Positions 57,699 to 64,000 of a DNA stretch of 64,000 nucleotides are shown piece after piece (within the stretch, counting starts at the first letter, position 1; each line of letters opens with the position of its first letter). The DNA is taken from assembly GCA_028534125.1 (NCBI GenBank), contig CM052816.1:32738001-32802000 (forward strand), read 5' to 3'. The notes under the pieces are model-generated. The model was not told where the DNA came from, ran no database searches, and saw only the letters and a program-made list of their open reading frames with translations. The stretch is from Lama glama. Taxonomy: Eukaryota. The position numbers and the translations under genes were made by a program.

Positions 57699-59840
57699 AC
57701 AGAGCTGGAATAATGAAACTAAGAATGTGTTATGTGTTAATTACAACTGCTATGTAGAAATTTTGTTTCAAATGAAACTTTAAAAGACTGAAAATTTTGT
57801 AAATAGGTTTGATTCTTGTTAGAGGGTTTTTGTTCTGGAAGCCATATTTGATAGTATACTTTGTCTTCACTGGTCATATTTTGGGAGGCACTCTTGATAG
57901 TTAGGAAGAAAATGGTAAAGCCAAGTATATTTGTACAGTATGTTTTACATGTATTTAAGTAGCATCCCATCCCATCATCCTTTAATTATTGCTTGTCTTA
58001 AAATAATTAACACTACAGATAGAAGATATGATATATTGCTGTTATCAATCATTTCTAGATTATAAACTGACTAAACTTACATCAGGGAGAAATTGGTATT
58101 TATGCAAAAAAAATTCTGTTTTAGTCCTTGTGAGTCCATCTAACATCATAATTAATCATGTGGCTGTGAACTTCACAGTAAAATGGTTCCCGATGAACAA
58201 GTTTACCTAGCCTGCTTTGCTTTACTGCATGAATGAAGCCGATGGTTCAATTTCAGAAGTAATGATTAACAGTTCTGTGGTCACATGATGTGCATATAGA
58301 TAGCTATAGTGTAACAATTACACTATTTTGTGCTCAAAACAAAACAAAAAAATCTGTGTTACTGTAAAACATTGAACGAAACTATTTTACCTGAACTAGA
58401 TTTTATCTGAAAGTAGGTAGAATTTTTGCTATGCTGTAACTTGTTGTATATTCTGGTATTTGAGGTGAGATGGCTGCTCTTTTATTAATGAGACATGAAT
58501 CGTGTCTCACAGAAACTAAATGAACATTTCAGAATAAATTATTGCTGTATGTAAACTGTTACCGAAATTGGTATTTGTTTGAAGGGTCTTATTTCACATT
58601 TGTACTAGTAATTGTCAAAAGGGCCTCTTTTAAAAGCTTAAATTTTTTTCTTTAAATTCTATGCATTAAGAGTAAAATTCCTCTTACTGTAATAAAAATG
58701 ATTGAAGCTGACTGTTGGCATTTAACCATTCCATGCAGTGGCACTTAACCTTTCCTGAAATTTATTTTTTTTATATGTGATTAGCACTTCCTGATGTTTA
58801 GTATTTTTCCACTTACTTTTTTTTTTCTTACTCCACTGGAGTTGATTTTAAGAATTCATATTATAGCAATGTGAACTGCCTAGCACAGGGCTGGGCATTG
58901 AACGTAACAGGCCCACGTAGAATATTTCTTTTTTCTTAATAGAATTCTATACCTGAGAAATTAATTGTTCTTAGGTATAAGTAGTCTCTTCCAAACCTGT
59001 CTTGGAAGGTAACTGTCTTGTCCCTTTATCTTCTCCCTCTTGCTACTGGATCTGGAATGAACACCTTTTATCACTGTATATGTTACAGCAAATTCCAGCA
59101 GTCAAGTATAATCAGCACTTTGCCATGCTCAGAAAATGCATATCACATTGGAACTTCAGAGGTAGATTTAACACTATTAGGATATTCAAAAGACTATTTA
59201 AAAACACTTGCCTGTTAAGGAAAGCTTTGTTTCTGGTGGGTAGACTTGTCGGGTGTGTGTTCCAAGTGCACCTTCCTCACAGCAGGGAGAAAATCCTTCA
59301 TGAAGGAAGATAAACTGATAGACTTATTAAAAAATGTAATTTAATATATCTTCCCAGAATTTGTTCTAATTGATTAGAGAGTAAGGATGATGATAAATGC
59401 TCACATAGTTGTTGAATAAATGAAAATGTATTTTTAACAATAAAATTCATGCACTCTGCATTTGGGGAAGGGAAAAGATATTTAGATATGGTGGGATGCT
59501 GGGAAAAGGGGGTGAGAAGGAGTTAGCACATCTACCTGGTGTCCTTGGAATCACATTATGTAGTTAATTATCTATCACTTACCTGTGTTTATCATTTACA
59601 ACTAATGACTTTTTTTTACGCTAAAAATGCCAGTAAATAAGTGCTATGACTTGAAGTAAGGCATTTGACTCCAAAGCCCATACTCTTTCTACTGGACCAC
59701 TTTGCAAACATCTGAATTACTGATCTTTGGAATGTATCTACATTTAAATTTCTTATCAAATTTTATCTGAAGGAAAGTTTGCAAGAATACTAATTTTTTC
59801 TGTTTCTCTCAAAGGCTGCCTTATCCAATAGGGATACATG
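57699..59840 (+). other. APC: APC 3' UTR (3' end approximate)
   Basis: AT-rich sequence after the stop with no recognisable repeats. AATAAA at 58533, 58691, 59415 and 59439; AGTAAA at 59632. The end is placed by remembered similarity to the human mRNA end. Confidence 0.65.
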
Positions 59841-60370
59841 GATATGGGTCTTACCTTTCCCCTTCCTTTAGTCCTGATTTTCTGTTTTTCTGAATTACTG
59901 CATACCAGTTTTTATAAACCACTTCAGATACTTTTATGGGAAGAGATGGAGTGTAAGTCAATTCGAATAAAATTGCCTTTCTCAAGGAAGGAAAAAAACC
60001 ATTATCAATGCTGACAATGAAGAAAGGGTGCCTTCCATATGCCAGAGAACTCAGGAATTCCTGTAGAGGACACCTACCCGGAGAAGGTGCATTCAGTCTG
60101 TTGCCACTGAGAGAAAAGTTGCTGTATAAGACCCTCTAGTTAGAGATAATGGCTCTGGGTCAGTAAGGGAGCAAATCTCATTTCTGCTTTTAGAAGTTCA
60201 CAGGGTGCTGCCGTAACTGATAGCAGGCCAAATATTCCCAGTTTATGCTTGTTACAAGTGGCATACGGAGCCTAGTGCTGGGGATTAGTTGAGTTGCGAT
60301 TCCTGTTAAGAGAAGTCAGGCAGAGCCCTATCAAGGCTTTGGACTGCAGCAAACCCAATCCTCTCCAAGG

Positions 60371-60525
60371 CAGTGGTTTTCAAACTAGAGTGCATTTGAA
60401 TCACCAAAAATGCTTATTGAGGCACAACCCCATACTCTGATTCAGAGTGAGGCCCCAGGATTTGCAGTTCGAACAAGTTCTCAGGCCACCGCTGCTGCTG
60501 GTCTTGGAACCGTACTCTGAGAGCA
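60371..60525. mobile_element. MER5A-like hAT element
   Basis: cagtggttttcaaactagagtgcatttgaatcacc...ggccccaggatttgcagttcgaacaagttctcagg...ggaaccgtactctgaga. Confidence 0.8.
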
Positions 60526-62269
60526 TCTGTCCTGCATGATGGTAAAGAAGCTCCTTGAGTGACTGCCTTCAGTTCTAGCCACTCCTCAGCCACTGGACTC
60601 AACAGCTGACAAAGTATACCAAAAAATAAACCCCCGTCTCCTTCAGGCATGAAAGATTTGAACATCGAGTTATACAATCTGACAGGGCCCATCTCAACTC
60701 TAAACAGCAGACAAATTTGCCAGCTATCAATGAACAGTTAATTCGAAAGACAACGACTGTATCTGTAGGACTGACTAATGTTCCCTTCAGAACAGTTGTT
60801 GAAAAGGCAGTAATTTCAGCAAATACCTAATTTGGATTTGCAATAAGATTAAAGACACCAAAAAAGGACAAAAGAGAACTCTGAAGTGAGGGCAGACTGA
60901 TTTCAGATGAAAGGAAAATGTGCCTGATTTGTTAGTATACAGACAGCAAGCAATTAACTGTGGCAACTTGGTATTGGAGAATAAACTTTACAAGTTAACT
61001 TGCACCAAAAGGAAAGTTAATGAGAGGGAAATGATGAAATAAAAAAATAAACCCAAAAGGATCAAATTGCACCATACGGGCAAAAAAAATTTTCCCATGA
61101 ACTACAGACTGTGTCACCACAAGGTTACTGAACTGAAGGGATACATCTTGCTGAAGAAGGGAGCCAGTTGCACTATATCTGAATTCATGTTATCACAGGG
61201 TTTCTTTGTATCTAAGATAGGAAAATAACAGTGCCAGAAATGCAAAAAGTAAGTTGCCAAGAGCTGCATATTTGAGTAGTCAGATCATGCAAACTTACCA
61301 AACAAAAATAATTTTCAAAAGTCATGGCTGAAATAGAGTATATAAATTATTTTCTAAATTTCTAATTCCTTCATATTATGCTGACTTTTAAATAGTACTT
61401 TGTAGTGTTGAAACCTATGGACTTTGACTCCTGTAAACACCAGGTCATTTTCCTGCCATTCTCCTAACTCTGTTCTGTGGTCTATAAAACTATATTCTGG
61501 TTTTTGTTAGACCAGTGATACTTCTTTCCACCTGTATGTTTTTTGTGTATTACATTGTTCTTGGTGCTAAATACACATTCTTCTGATATTCAGGATAACT
61601 CTTTATATTTGTGTCTATTTTCTTAAGTTATGACAATGTTACTTTTTTAATTAAAAATACTCAGTGTATACTAGTGAAGGTGACCATTGTATGTAAAGCA
61701 ACATTAGTGAAAAATAACTATTGAGAACATTGTTAACATTACCTGCTCTACCTACACCACCTCTTGGAAACCAGACACTTAGCCTTACTGTTCGTCTCTG
61801 ACCCACATACCTGGTCTTTTCTCCTGATCATGGCTGTTTGCACCAGAGGCAGATACCTGACCATCATTAACTGGCCAGTGACCAAAGACTTGTAAGTCTC
61901 GTCCTTAAAAAAACAACAACGACAACAAAAACCAATTTGAAAGGAGTCACAAAGGAAATTTCCAGTTGGTGATTGAGTGCTGGAACTGAAAGATTTTGTA
62001 GAGTTAAGACTGAGGTCACTGTGATTGGCATCGTGAAGCTAAAAGAGAAAGCCAGTTGGTACAGAGAGAAGGACCAGATATGGGAGGAAGGTATAGAAAG
62101 CAAGTGAGATAGCTGAGTTGGAAGCTCCTGGTGTTACCTCTGTCCCTGCCTTTTCTGGGACCTACTTCTCCTTTTCCTTGTGTTTAGGGCATTTGTGAAC
62201 TTATAAACCCACTTTGTTCCTGAAGTAACTTGAAACTAACAGAAAACTGCATTTAGACACATCTTAGTG

Positions 62270-63830
62270 AGTTTTTTAAATCTCAGATACAGAGAAAGCT
62301 TTCTAAAAACATCTGTGGAAATAGGCTGCCTACCACACATACACAAAAAAAGTTGGCATCAGATTTCTTCTCTGCAATATTAAATGCCAAAAAAGGAAAA
62401 ACAAAACAGTGGAACAATATACACAGCATTTGGAAGCGAATGGAATATTACCTAAGAATTCTGAAACCTGCCAAACTAGCATTTAATGTACCTGGAATAC
62501 TTGTACCATTTGGGATTCTTACTATAATAGTTGTTAACAAGAAGACCTTTAAAAGACAAGACGTTCATTTAAGGTAGCTCACAAGAGCTGTATGAAGGCC
62601 AGAAAAATCAGTCCTGGAAACTATACAGCAGAAACAACACTCAAACTATACTGTGAAACTGCTTCAAGTAAAGACCCACTTGCTGCCCCCGAGCCCTTGG
62701 AACCCTCTGACGCCACCCTCACCATAAATTGAGGTTATATGCAGCGCTTGCTTCCTCACAGTGTTCACTTCTAGGATTGAAGTCTTGCTTGGGTGGACGT
62801 GATTGGCAGAAGCTGTGTCACGTGGAGCTGTGGAGTCCGGGAAAGCTCAGTTGTTTGATTTCTCCGTTGAGGAAGCTGGATTCCTAACACATGAGTTCTC
62901 CAAATCTACGAGGGGCATTTCAAAAGCACTAGGCAACCAGAATCCATGGCATGTCTCTACCGTAGTGTTCCCATTGCCCAAGCAATTAAAATGAAAGGAA
63001 AAGTATTAAGGAAACTGTGTGAACAATAAACCTTTAAACTTGAATAAACATGTAAATAATTGTGGTTAATCTGATAGTGAATCTCAGTGTGAATATCCAT
63101 GTGACTCAAAACTGAAAAGATTAAATGCTTAACAGTTTTAGTAATCTTAAATTCCAGGTAATTCCAACCCAAACTGAAAAGAGTTACAAAGGAGAGAAGA
63201 TAGAAAAGCATGGTAAATTCCTATCTTAAGTATAGAGTATCAAAAGATACTATTTTACTTTTAACTTGGAAAAACACAAATTCAATTTTTAAATTTAGTG
63301 GTAACCCCAATGTTAGAAAAATTTCCATCCAAATCATGAGTCAAAAGAGTACAAGAAATCAAAGAACAGGGAAAATGGGGGAGAGGGAGAATTAGCAACA
63401 AAGAAATATAAAATGACACAATAATACCAAATAATAAGTGGGCTAAACACATATAGTAAAATAACCACTCTCAAGTTGGAGTCAAGTAAAAAAATAAAAT
63501 CCTCCAACTATAGGCCATTAATAAAAGACACACTTAAAATGATCCAGAATGGATAAAACTAAAAATATAACCACATTTGCCCAGGCATTGCAGAGGAAGA
63601 AGTAAAGGTAAATTTATGTCAGATAAAGTATAATTCTGGATAAAAGGCATCAAGCATAAAAAAGATGAACATCAGTTATGATTTTCTTTAGATGTCAAAT
63701 AATATAACATCAAGCATATGAAACAAAATTACCAACATAAAGAAATACTGACAAAAACCATAGAACCAGTGAGACTGTCAGTATTTGACAAATGACTTGG
63801 TCTATACAAAACAAAAGGAGAGTTATTATT
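62270..63830 (+). mobile_element. Old L1M fragments with an interspersed MLT-like LTR piece (~62560-62960)
   Basis: ggcatcagatttcttctctgcaatattaaatgcc (ORF1-like); aaagacacacttaaaa...gtcagataaagta (endonuclease-region-like). Confidence 0.5.
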
Positions 63831-64000
63831 TAAAATCACAACTTCCTTCCAAAAAGGGTGGATCTTGTTAAGGAAAGGGAAGAGTCTCAAAAGGTCCTTT
63901 TCTTTAGCTGAGGACCTTGATGGGTTCGGGATCAGTAAAGCCAAAACTGGAGTTTGAGTGCGAGGAGGGTTAGAGCAAATATAGGTTTGCTTAAGAGAGG

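Noticed and set aside
59850..64000. Downstream gene (SRP19 neighbours APC in human) or read-through exons
   Set aside because: No CpG island or recognisable SRP19 exon is visible; the region is repeats and unique intergenic DNA.
1..64000. Prokaryote-style novel system (CRISPR, operon, defence island) or nested novel gene
   Set aside because: The window is accounted for by a spliced mammalian APC gene plus interspersed repeats; no repeat-spacer array or unexplained long ORF was seen.

Overview
This window is mammalian genomic DNA holding most of the APC (adenomatous polyposis coli) tumour-suppressor gene on the + strand. It contains 12 constitutive coding exons (classical exons 4-15, 3414-57698), all with GT-AG boundaries and consistent reading phase. 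It also contains the 54-nt cassette exon 10A, the internal alternative acceptor of exon 9, the ~6.6-kb final exon ending in the PDZ-binding motif VTSV, a 3' UTR of about 2 kb, and about 4 kb of downstream DNA. The promoter and first coding exons lie upstream of the window. Introns are filled with old L1M, L2, MIR, MER and MLT elements plus younger L1 3' ends and tRNA-Ala(AGC)-derived SINEs; the SINE type suggests a camelid (inference). I see no new gene or novel biological system, and nearly all small ORFs are noise or repeat-derived. The best leads are in splicing and genome evolution: an apparently pre-activated counterpart of a human pathogenic pseudoexon in intron 4, a conserved latent 83-nt pseudoexon in intron 10, other candidate poison exons, absence of several human mutation-hotspot motifs, twin-primed and stacked L1 insertions, and template-switch hairpin scars. 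All human comparisons and repeat subfamily names are from memory, not from a search.
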